Positions 52,691 to 64,000 of a stretch of 64,000 bases of DNA are shown here, piece after piece. The DNA is taken from positions 27,404,001-27,468,000 of the forward strand of contig NC_047018.1 in assembly GCF_902652985.1 (NCBI RefSeq), in the 5' to 3' direction. Position numbers and translations under genes: made by a program. The stretch comes from Pecten maximus (Eukaryota). Each line of letters begins with the position of its first letter. Position 1 is the stretch's first letter. Below the pieces are notes generated by a model, which worked only from the letters and a program-made list of their open reading frames with translations, made no database searches and had not been told where the DNA came from.

Positions 52691-55399
52691 GCACCTAGTG
52701 AATATCAAAGAAAAGCTTGGTAAAGAATTTTGTTTTGAATGGAAACAGAATTGAAGACTTGTTGGAGAACTGAAATAGTAAAATTACAAAAACGGTGTAT
52801 CGTCCATCAACTACCAGAACCACTGTATCAGTTTTGCCTCTGTTTTAGTGGAGGAGTCTTGGCAAAGTCATCAATAAACATTTCACCAGTTGAAGCAGAT
52901 GAAAAAACTTTTGCAAATCATGATACAGAGAATGATAATGAATTTAAACATACTTATTTATATCTAATAAAGAGATTGGGAGAACATCATTAAACTGTTT
53001 ATAGGCATGCTGAATCCAATGGTTGTGCATGTATGATAAATAAATCTTGAGAATGATAGTCAGCTTTGTATTTGCTTTAAATACTAGTTTGGATTTCCGA
53101 GTTAAACTATGACAGCAGGACGTATGTGTGTCTACAAAAGTATTACTGATGCGGTCATTACACAAATGTAATGACAACTACTGTGTTGGGATGTGCAATT
53201 CCTTATATAGCTGTTTGTTGTGCATTATGACTGTATAGGGGATGGTGATTGTCTTATAATTGTGAATGAACAGCATGGACTGTGGACACTACTTCATTTA
53301 CAGCTACAGAAACTACGAGAAACTACTGATTCAAAATGACATTATTGGGTAAAAAAGAAGGGTTAAAGTGAGATCTAGCTAGAGTGGGTAACTGCAAAGG
53401 AAGATAGACTATCTGGATACTTGTCAAATAAATATGAAAAAATAAGAATTACATATGGCATTAGAACAGTTAAAACATCGACTAGTCATCTTGTAGCTTC
53501 CTACATTTTCTTGTTAATGCATTTTCCTTCAGTTTCCTCTTCCATATTTCTTTCGCACAAAACACAGATACACACAACTTTTAGAAATTGCAAGAGGCTG
53601 ACACTTGGCTAGGTTTAAATTTCAGATTAAATGCTCAAGTTTGCGAAATGATAAAACTAAAAGGAAATGTAGGCTTTTGATTTCTGGCAAATTTTTCCTG
53701 ACCTCTCCCGGTAGTTGCAATGCAGAAAGTTCACCATATACTCCATTTGAAATTAAGGAACTGTGTTGGCATCTATTAGGAAATTATCTACCACTGGATG
53801 GGATTTCTAGTTTTAATATTTATACATTTTATGACATGTCCTTGTTGCATTATAGTTTTATGTTGAAATAAATGTTTTACTCAGAAAATAAAGTGATGCT
53901 TTTGTTTTAAATGTGTTATTTTGCCAATGTCTTACACATCTGTTAACATTGATACTTCCATATAATACCTAATTTTAGCGACTTCACACCTAGCCATTTT
54001 GAAACGACCATTGCTGAATGAATTTACACTTTCCATTTTACCATTCCACTTTCAAAGGTGTAGGCTGTTACGTACGCCACATTGGTATATACACGTATCT
54101 GGTTAACACAAGGTTCATGTAAACATGTATCAGATAATGGTATATTTCTATTATAAGTCGGATAACATGGAAGCTACCTTAAAAGTGGATTTTTCTTAGA
54201 TATCAGACAGACTTAGTCTTCACTTAATTTTCAAAAAAGTTTATTTTCTGAAGTCGTGGATAACCAGCAAAAAGAAAATAAGACACCATTTCTTGATAAT
54301 TCACTATCTACATTGTAGTATATTAAATGAGATTGACAGAATCATTCAAACTACATTTCTTGAACCTGTTTTTCCCATAATTACACATGCAGTAATATAT
54401 CGGTTGTTATGCTACCTGCTATTTCCATGGTGTTCAGTTATACAAGTCTTTATTACATTTTTACCAGTGAAATATCAAATATCAATATTTATCACTTGTG
54501 AATTTTCACAAGTAGATTTTGCCAATATTGCATAGTAGCCTTGAAAATGAAAAATATCAATTTTTCTTATTTGACCGATCAAAACACTGCTTATAAACAT
54601 CAATGGGAGACTTTAAAGCTGCCCCGAAAATTTTTACTATAAATATATATGTGATAAACAGAATATCAAACACTATCTTGTGCACTCGTGAAAAATAACA
54701 AAATATTAGCCCGTACAGGTGAAATACATTTAATATTACTGAATACACTGCTAGATATCCTCTACAATATTAATGGCCCTCAGCAAGGTAACATTTAGGT
54801 TCTACATATGAATATTTATACAATTTGAACCTTAATTAGAACTAGAAGCACTAACTAGAACAGGACCTCATTGGATGTACCATCATGTTGCTAGTGTATC
54901 TGAACACAGGACATCATAAAGCAAACAAAGATTTTTTTGAAAATATTTATTAAAAAATAAGGTTCATGTGTGTCTGAACAAGCACTAACATCAAATTTAC
55001 ATATGATTTTATTTTGGTGACAATCTTCATCACAAAAAATAGTCTGCCAATATAGTATTTTATGTACAATCAGCATTTTCAATCTTTAAATAATACTGTT
55101 CCATATCAGTGAATATTGAATTTACTGACATTTATGGGTTAGTATCTGCCACATTATCGATTGTGACTTGTGTCAGTCATTGTAACATACACACAATCAC
55201 TAGGATTGTCAAAAGCTTCATTGCACAATCCCAAAAATAGAGTCGTGGTAATCCATTAAAACCATGTCCACCACTAGATAATCTATTATAATCCAGGACA
55301 CTTCCATTCTTTCCAACCTATACACCAGGAGAGTAGTTCATTCCAATCCTTTACATCACAGTGGGCTGCTGAAGTCCTGTACTCCATCAATCTTATCCT

Positions 55400-55760
55400 G
55401 TATTCCCAAATAATCCACTCCGATCCATTACAGACTGTATAATCCATTTTAATCCTGTTCACAAGATAATCCATTCTGTGTCCATCACAGGGAAACCCAT
55501 CGTGTTCACAAAATAATCCATTCTGTGTTAATCACAAGATAATCCATTCATGTCCATCACAAGACAATCCATTCTGTGTTGATCACATGATCATCCATTC
55601 TGTGTCCATTACAAGACAATTCAGTCTATGTCCATCACAAGATAATCCATTCTGTGTCAATCACAAGATAATTCATTCTATGTCGACCACAAGATAATCC
55701 ATTCTGTGTCAATCACAAGATAATTCATTCTATTTCTGTTCTCCAGATTATCCGTTCTAA
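55400..55760. repeat. degenerate ~26-27-bp tandem repeat downstream of the ABCA stop
   Basis: CACAAGATAATCCATTCTGTGTCAAT units. Confidence 0.8.
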
Positions 55761-55903
55761 TCCTGTACACCGCCGGTAGTGATTATACATTTTCTAGCCT
55801 TTATTGTTCACATTTATTTAGAAGTAACCAACTGTATCTCACTTCCTGTGACATGCAAAATGTGTTTTCCACCGATAGCCTTTAAGTTTCAGGTTAAGAT
55901 TTT

Positions 55904-58900
55904 TTATATATGAAATCCATCTTGCCCATTTACGTCATTATGAGACTCGAGGACCCTGGGTTTACGTTTGAGTCGGGGTTTGGGTTGTGAATATTTAACC
56001 TGACTTATCTCTCTAATGGTTGTGTACCCTTCACTGTTGGTTCTGTCCCTAGGTGGAATGGCCCGTATAGTGGAGTAACCATCACCCACTCTCTCCGCAC
56101 CACCAGAATCCCCGAGTGTTGAAGAACTTGTCCTCCTGTCTGTATTAAGGGTTGTCATACTTGTTCTAAGACTTACATTGTCATGTGGTAATCCATCTGT
56201 TCAAATAAATTAAGACTATTTTTGAAAAGCTAAAACCTATAAATAAAGAAATATATGAGATGTATCTCAGAAAAAATGATTGGTGTTGGTATTGAAGTTA
56301 GTAGGTAAAGATGATGTACATTACCATTTATCTATTGAAGGTCAAATAAAATATCATTATCAAAAATCTTTACAAAATCTAGCACAAAACACGATATCCC
56401 AAGGTGTTATTTTATATCATGGCGATGCCAGAATAAGTGCCACACAATACCTGTGATGTCCTCTGCTTCTACAGCAGTTGCGTCACTGTCCAAAGAATCG
56501 GTCTGCATTTTGGCAAAATTAATGAAAACCTGCAAATTAAAGCAATACCAATATATCAGCTATTAACACTGTCAGCAATTGAAATACATGTTTTCCATAA
56601 ACTGAATTTGTGTAAGCAATGCAGATTGTAAAATTACACAAGTAAAAAATTCCAGTCTGAGTGATAAAGGGTTCCTGGTCAAATAAAGATTTTTACTTGA
56701 TTTTAGTACATCGTACTAGTATTCAGGGAGATACAAACTTAATGTATATGACTGTACATTTGTTTTGCTTTAATTGTCTTTTGGTGTATAATACATTACT
56801 GGTAAACCTAAAGTATCATTATAATCTATTATTGTCCAGACTAGTCTTACGATGAAGTGACCTTAATTTTGACATCTCACTCTAACTTTGACCTTTAGGG
56901 AACAGAAATAGGATTGTAATGCTACTCAATTTACAGTCATAAGAATCATACCTGTAGGAAATGATGGCTATTTAGAAGATTACTTTAATGTCAATGTGTT
57001 TTTTATGTAAAGAATAATAATTAAGGGGACACAACTCCAGACACTGTAAGTTTACTGATTGTCTTGTTGATGCCTTGGTATATGGGAGATGGTTACCTGG
57101 TCTAACGTAGTTTGTGAGACGGAGTAGTCCTCTATGTTGAACCCTTCCTTGACAGCCTCTATCTCGGAGAAGATGTGAGACAGAGGTACATCAGACCCCA
57201 GCTGGTATTGAAGCATGTTATGATGTCTTTCACGGAGGTTGGCAGATGGAAAAGTCTCTTGGATAAAGACATCTACAACATCCAGATCAGGCTGGTCGCC
57301 TGCTATCCGCACCACCACAATATATCCATCTCCAAACCTGTTTACAGAAATACAGCATCCTCTGTCAATGTGAATTCTTAGTAGCAATGGAGAGAGGTAA
57401 CACTTAATAATCAAGATATACAGTATTAGCATTCTATGATAGCAAACTTAATGCAAAAAGTTACTGCAATTAATATAACAAAAATATCACTTGAATTTTG
57501 TTGCAGAGTGATATCTTAACAAAATGTGACTAATAAAAAAATTTGAAAAGAATGAATGGTAAATACACACATAGTAGGAGACAACATAAGAATCAAATGT
57601 ACCTGTGTCATATTTGACAATTGAAAGTCGATTAAGATCTTCAATATTTAAATACTTGTATAATATAATATGTATCCTAGCAACAAAATAAACACCAGTC
57701 TGCCTTGAAAAAGCCTGTGAAAGCAGAAAGACCTTGTGAAAGTCTGGAGTTTTGCTGGTTTTTTTTTTTTTAATATTTCCAACGCAAGGAATTTACATTT
57801 TACAAATCTTTCTCTTTATATATTGCTAGAATAGTATTTTGTGATCAATGAAGTGTTATCTAATACATATAATACCTTGTTTTGAGATGCTGTATGCTAC
57901 CAATGCCTCTGAACCGTCCATTCACCATAATTGCCAGTCTGCTACACAGAGCTTCACACTCCTCCATACTGTAAAATAATGATCAAGTCAGACACAAATG
58001 TCTCCAATTCTAACGTATACTGTATATATAATGATCAAGTCAGACAGGCCCAAATGTCTCCCATTCTAACGTATACTGTATATATAATGATCAAGTCAGA
58101 CAGACCCAAATGTCTCCCATTCTAACGTATACTGTGTATAGAATGATAAAGTCAGACAGGCCCAAATGTCACCCATTCTAACTTATACTGTGTATAGAAT
58201 GATCAAGTCAGACAGGCCCAAATGTCACCCATTCTAACGTATACTGTGTATAGAATGATAAAGTCAGACAGGCCCAAATGTCTCCCATTCTAACGTATAC
58301 TGTATATATAATGATAAAGTCAGACAGGCCCAAATGTCTCCCATTCTAACGTATACTGTATATATAATGATAAAGTCAGACAGACACAAATGTCACCCAT
58401 TCTAACGTATACTGTATATACAATGATAAAGTCAGACAGGCCCAAATGTCTCCCATTCTAACGTATACTGTATATATAATGATAAAGTCAGACAGACACA
58501 AATGTCACCCATTCTAACGTATACTGTATATACAATGATAAAGTCAGACAGGCCCAAATGTCTCCCATTCTAACTTATACTGTAAATATAATGATAAAGT
58601 CAGACAGGCCCAAATATCTCCCATTCTAACTTATACTGTAAATATAATGATAAAGTCAGACAGGCCCAAATATCTCCCATTCTAACTTATACTGTAAATA
58701 TAATGATAAAGTCAGACAGGCCCAAATATCTCCCATTCTAACTTATACTGTATTTCAATGGTAGAGATTCAAGTAACTCTATTCCCATTTTAATCATTTT
58801 TCTTGCTTTTTGAAACTGGACGTGAGAAAATTTAGCAGGTTTTTTTTTCATTTGAAACTGCAATGAATATTCAGAACTTGATAATTCTCCTAAATTTGTA

Positions 58901-61900
58901 TACCTGTGAGAAGTAAGGATGACAGAGCGGCCATCTTTGACAATATTGTTGATACAGTTCCACAGAAATCGTCTAGCTACTGGGTCCATGCCTGCTGTGG
59001 GCTCGTCCTATTAAACAAACAATGACAACATTTTTAAGAAATGGTGAATACTCTCTTTTTCTAATTTTAGATTCATTAAGCAAATCATAAGATTTCTAAC
59101 TTTATAAAAAATAACTACAACCTATTTTCAATTCAGTAAATCATATTTTGGGTAGAGATCAAATGTTCACGTGTATCTCACCAGAAATATAACAGAAGGA
59201 TTGCCTATAAGAGCAATGGCGGTAGAGAGTTTGCGACGGTTTCCTCCAGAGTAGGTTCCAGACGGTTTGTCAGCATACTGTGTCAGTCCCAACTTAGTAA
59301 TGGCCCAGTCTACAACCTGTAACACCAAGTACAATATACAAAATCCATTCAAGGGTATGTTGTATGCTGTAAAAGTAATAATACACAAATATTTTTTATT
59401 ATCCCTAAAATATGGTTTCACAAAATATCTACCTCATATTTTATTATCTTGATGATTAAAGCATCATTGACATCATTGTCTAGAGATGTATTAAAGTACA
59501 TGGAGCATTTGATACCATGATTTAATATAATTTTATAAACACAAAAAAATGAGTGTTCTGTTACAATTCAAAGAAATACAATTAATATAACTGATATAAA
59601 ATACCTTGGTAGGTATCTACTGGGTATATAATAACACTCATACTCACGTCTTTGATATCTGATGAAGGGATCCCTTTTATCCTGGCAAAGAAACAGAGAA
59701 CCTCCCTGGCAGTCATCAGCGGGTCAAAGGCATCAAACTGAGGACAGTACCCAATGCTGCGCCGAACCTCCTTCACTGCTGTTACAATACTGTAAAGATA
59801 GCAGTTTGAGGTTACACAAAGATCTAGTGGTCACAACACTAGAGAAACAAAGATTAGAGAAGGTGAAATGGGATCGTCAACTAGTAATACTGTGAGTATA
59901 GAGAGGTTAAAGGTCACATACCTGAATCCATTGATGTATGCATTCCCATGTGTCATTCCTAGGTAGCCTGTCAACATTTTAAAGGTTGTCGTTTTTCCTG
60001 CTCCATTAACACCCAGTAGTCCAAAGCACTGACCCTTTGGAACACCCAAACATAGTCTGTCTACAGCAACATGGCGCCCTTTTCCTCCCGGCACCTTGTA
60101 CACCTGCAAAAATTAATGGAGCAATCTGTAATCAATTCTCACAATTTACAGTTTGCAGAGCCAGCTATGTTGTTTTCAGAGCCTGTTTTATTGTCTCATA
60201 AACAGTGAAATAAAGACATTCTGGAACACTCTCTCACAAATGTTTATAATGAAGCAGTCCAAGCCCCACTTTATTTGCACTCTTCTCCTTCTAGAAAATA
60301 TCTTCCGTTCACTCGATTTGTAGCTCTTATGCTTCTGGAAGATCTTCTACCTCTTCCATATCGAAGCCGGAAGATTTATCTTCCAAGATGGCTGCAACCA
60401 TTTTTTTATGACACATACATGTGTTATTTTGGGTTATATTCTCCCGGTTTACTCGATTTACATATAACAGAATGCGATCTTCTTAGAATGCTTCTCTTCT
60501 GAGAAGAGAGCAAATTGAGTGGGGCTCTGGAAAGCGTCTCTCAAACATTTGTAATGAAGCAGTTTGAAAGAGTCTCTCACAAACGTTTGAAATGATCAGA
60601 AGCAGCCTGAAAGGGTATCACACAAAAGTTTGTAATGAGGCATTCTGCAATTGTCTCCAACAAACATCTGTGACACTTTGTCTATCTAGTGTTTAATTTT
60701 ACCTTGGTGAGGTTGTCTATCCGAATAATGTCATTTTCCCCATCTTCCGATAGGACACGAGCCCTCTCCCGGGCCACATCCTGATCTTCATCCTCCACCT
60801 CCTCTTCAGGAGTCGCACCCACCCTGTATGAGGAAACAGCACTGTTATAAGACGATGAATATGACAGACCAACAGAAATACTAGACAGTAACCATGCAAT
60901 CTAAAAATCCTGTGGAATAATTCCAATCATTCATTTATATTTATTAAAGTCTTTCCAAAGAGTCCAGTTTATAATCAACAGTGAGCATATTTTCAATTTT
61001 TACCACCTTGATAGGTACATGAATTACTATATTCTATATATTCCTCTGTTATGACCTCATGAGAGATATATAAATCACTATAACCAGTTTAAGTACTTAC
61101 TTTTTATGAATGAAGAAGTTGTGTTCTATGAGGAGGTTTAGCAGGAAAAAGGTAAGGCCACACAGAAACATGGAAAAGAGGTTCTTGCCAACCTGTCCCC
61201 ATTTTAGGGGGTTTACAATGCCGTCTAGATCTGAAACACAAATTATGATAATGTCACTCAAAGTAGAATCCTAGGTCAGTTTAAGAAGTCTAGGCTATTC
61301 TAGTGCTGTGTGGGACAGGGTTTGTATGTAAAACCTACCAAACTTTTTGAATGCTGTGGTGTAGACTTGTGACCGTGAGAGTTCCAGCAGACCCTGACCT
61401 AGACAGAACTGGGGTAGGACCAGCAACACTTGCTTCAGGATGTCGTTTACTTCTCCCAGGGTCTAAACAACAAAAACCATTAACATCACTTTACCGGTTT
61501 GATTCCATGGGTCAATACATAAAGTACTAGGTAGATATATATACAACACTACCAGTACCTGATGGTTGTTAATTGGCAATTAATATTACAATATCTGCAT
61601 GGAACGATCGGTCATCTCCATCAGATACTGGTAACAAGATTATATATCAGTAATTAGACTGTTATATTTCTAAGTGCCTTAGAATAATATACAACGTATT
61701 CAGTTGATTTTGGATATGAAACTTTGAGTTTACCAGTGGTTCACCAAAGCTTAACTGTAAAACATAATTAAAAGAATTAATTAGGATGTCTTTAACTGAT
61801 GGTTCTTTGAGATAATGAGGGGTAAGTTGTCCTTAACAATTTCTTACTGGGTCATCGTCAGCCAGGAACTCTAGGATAAATGTGGCCAGTGTGGAGGTGG

Positions 61901-62851
61901 TACCTAGGAAGATGTTGACAGACTTGAGCGTTACCATAGCAGTACTGGGCACCCGGAACAGGCGAGAAAACGGGTACATTACAGGAATCATCGCCCAACT
62001 GTCGTGATAAAATGATTAAAATATGTCACTTGATATAAAGTACTGGGCATAAAATGTACACTAACAATAACAAATATTAGCATAATTTCTGTCTAAAATG
62101 TTAAAGCGCGCAATGATAAAAATAAAACAAAATGTTAATAATCAACCAAAAACACAGTATGTACAGACAATCTCACAGTACTTACCCATACATCACCAGT
62201 AGAAGTAAAAGTGCCGGAAAGTTAGTTTTACTGACATAGGCTTCTCGTTGAAATGCCACAAATATACATATACTCAGGGCAGCTGATACAAGGTAATTCA
62301 GCTGAAACACATGAAAAAATAGATACTTCGTATACTGGAAAGTATGACTGATTAAAAACTCTTTATCAGTATATCTGGAGTTAATGATGTGGTCAAGTAA
62401 ATGTTACAACATATAGGAAGGTCAGTTCTGGTATACATAAGCAAATGTAGCCAGCATTATGTTAAAGTATACATGTTGTCAGTGTAATTCAATGTATCCA
62501 TATACAAAGGTATTATAGCACCATATACACCATGTAGGTCGTTGGTGGAGTGTTATGAAATGTGAGGGATTGCTGGACTGGAACATGTACATTAGTGTAC
62601 AAGTGATGTTGTAGAAATTATAACTGAATATAAATAGCACAATGGTTATCAGACTGAGATATCTGTGACTTACCATGTCCCAGGTGAAGTTTCCTATCCA
62701 GTAGATAGTGGGGTGGATACCGCTTACAAATTGTAAATGTTTGGAATCCAATATTCGCTCCTCGATCAGAATCATTACAAAGCTTGCTGGTATGAAGGAC
62801 ATTGCAAAGATTACACAGGTGGAAATGATGATATCAGTCTTACTGGTGGCT
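55904..62851 (-). CDS. ABC transporter subfamily A (ABCA1/ABCA2-like), 3' part: TMD2, NBD2, C-terminus; continues upstream of the window
   Basis: Exons 62851-62674, 62301-62186, 61998-61848, 61462-61339, 61230-61101, 60823-60703, 60103-59922, 59789-59648, 59316-59182, 59007-58904, 57968-57876, 57337-57097, 56529-56451, 56196-55904. Motifs [18 protein letters not shown], Walker [21 protein letters not shown], signature [10 protein letters not shown], Walker [34 protein letters not shown]. Confidence 0.93.
57966..58752. repeat. 56-bp minisatellite in an ABCA intron, derived from the splice acceptor, ~14 copies
   Basis: Unit AATGATAAAGTCAGACAGGCCCAAATGTCTCCCATTCTAACGTATACTGTATATAT. The terminal unit supplies the true acceptor at 57969-57970. 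Confidence 0.95.
60262..60526. mobile_element. MITE in an ABCA intron
   Basis: Imperfect TIRs AGCCCCACTTTATTTGCACTCTTCTC / GAGAAGAGAGCAAATTGAGTGGGGCT; inserted in a degenerate tandem repeat. Confidence 0.65.
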
Positions 62852-63639
62852 CTAAGGAGAGATAAAGATAAAATATTGTGTTAAATTTCTGAAAAGATAT
62901 TTTAAATAATGGAAAAATGTTAATTGTTCCAAGACAAATTTGGATCAACAGCTTTCAAACAGTGCTGTTTTACCCAATTCATGGACAAGTTTTACTTCTA
63001 TAGTGTGGATAAAGTTTATCATATGGTGACAAAAGTCTGGTTGTATTTCACATTAATATGAAATATCATCCCAGTTAATTCCAGAACAGATAAGGCATCC
63101 CCTGTCTCTGGATATCAATTGGAATGGCTGCTCTCAAACAGAATAACTATAGAATGTCTAATGAAATATCTTAAATCTGATAGAATACTGATTTCTATAT
63201 TCAAGTTAAGAATAACAAGACAATTTGGTGAATAAATGATGTGAAATTAGATGCCAAGACTGCACAGATAAAAGGATTTGTGTTGTAACTAATTCTACAC
63301 AATGTTTGGCAGACCCACCTCATTCAAAATGCAGTTGGTGGTATTTATGTGAATGAGAATTAGTATTGCTCATCTTAGTCAGCAAAATCAGAAGTTCAAT
63401 GCAAGTGAACCCCAATTAAGATGAATCTATGCCCCAGTGACAAGAAGAGCAGCAGTTAGAGCCCAAACAATTTTTTCCCTTTGATATAGGTCAAAGGTCA
63501 AAATGAAGATCAGAGTGACCTACTTTTGGTGCATGACACACTACCTTACCTAGAGTCCTGTTTGTTTATGCAAACAAACTGTCTTGTCAGTTTTTAAATG
63601 TAATATTTCAAACATATACCTTTACAGACCTGCAAATGT

Positions 63640-63952
63640 TAATACAGGCCTTGGAAGTCTTTGTCAAGGCTCGTATAAAAACAATATAAAATCACCAGGT
63701 CCGTCTTTATTTCATAAATGAACAACATCGGTCCAACCGTCGGACCGCAAAAAACGAAAACAGTCCTGGTGAACCCATGACCCAAATATAAAGTGCCAGT
63801 GACAAATAGTGTAGAAGATAGCACCTGGACAAGATAGAGTGTGGAAGAATGAAAGACTGAAGGACAGAAGGACGGAAGACTGTAGGATGGAAGGATGAAC
63901 AAGCACAATACAAAACTATAGTGCCTCTTGGACACCAGTGGGGACTTATTAA
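63640..63952. mobile_element. probable short HINE-like interspersed element
   Basis: GGAC/GAAG microsatellite-like block followed by CTATAGTGCC and an imperfect terminal palindrome, the same architecture as 22389-23486. Confidence 0.4.
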
Positions 63953-64000
63953 TTGTTTGCAATTATGAAGCAGGTATTGTCCTGTTTGTTCCCAGACAAA

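Overview
AT-rich eukaryotic genomic DNA with GT-AG spliced genes. The repeat types (Helentron-associated elements, CR1 LINE, Penelope remnant, dense minisatellites) suggest a bivalve mollusc; this is inference. Genes reconstructed by hand: a single-exon ankyrin-repeat/SOCS-box gene (+, 19367-20623); a 3-exon, 116-aa gene missed by the ORF track that resembles synaptonemal-complex protein SYCE3 (-, 24285-26298); mitochondrial adenylate kinase AK3 (-, 5 exons); PUM3/Puf-A (+, 17 coding exons); and the 3' part of an ABCA-family transporter (-). Main highlights: (1) a 49-bp x 8 tandem array at 8582-8973 whose unit is essentially one hammerhead ribozyme, so adjacent units can fold into complete three-stem ribozymes; (2) an apparent invertebrate SYCE3, a family usually described as vertebrate-specific; (3) a TSD-flanked Penelope-type fragment carrying a second hammerhead in the SYCE3-like intron; (4) three minisatellites grown from functional gene boundaries (AK3 splice donor, ABCA splice acceptor, PUM3 stop codon). 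All calls were made by eye without database searches.
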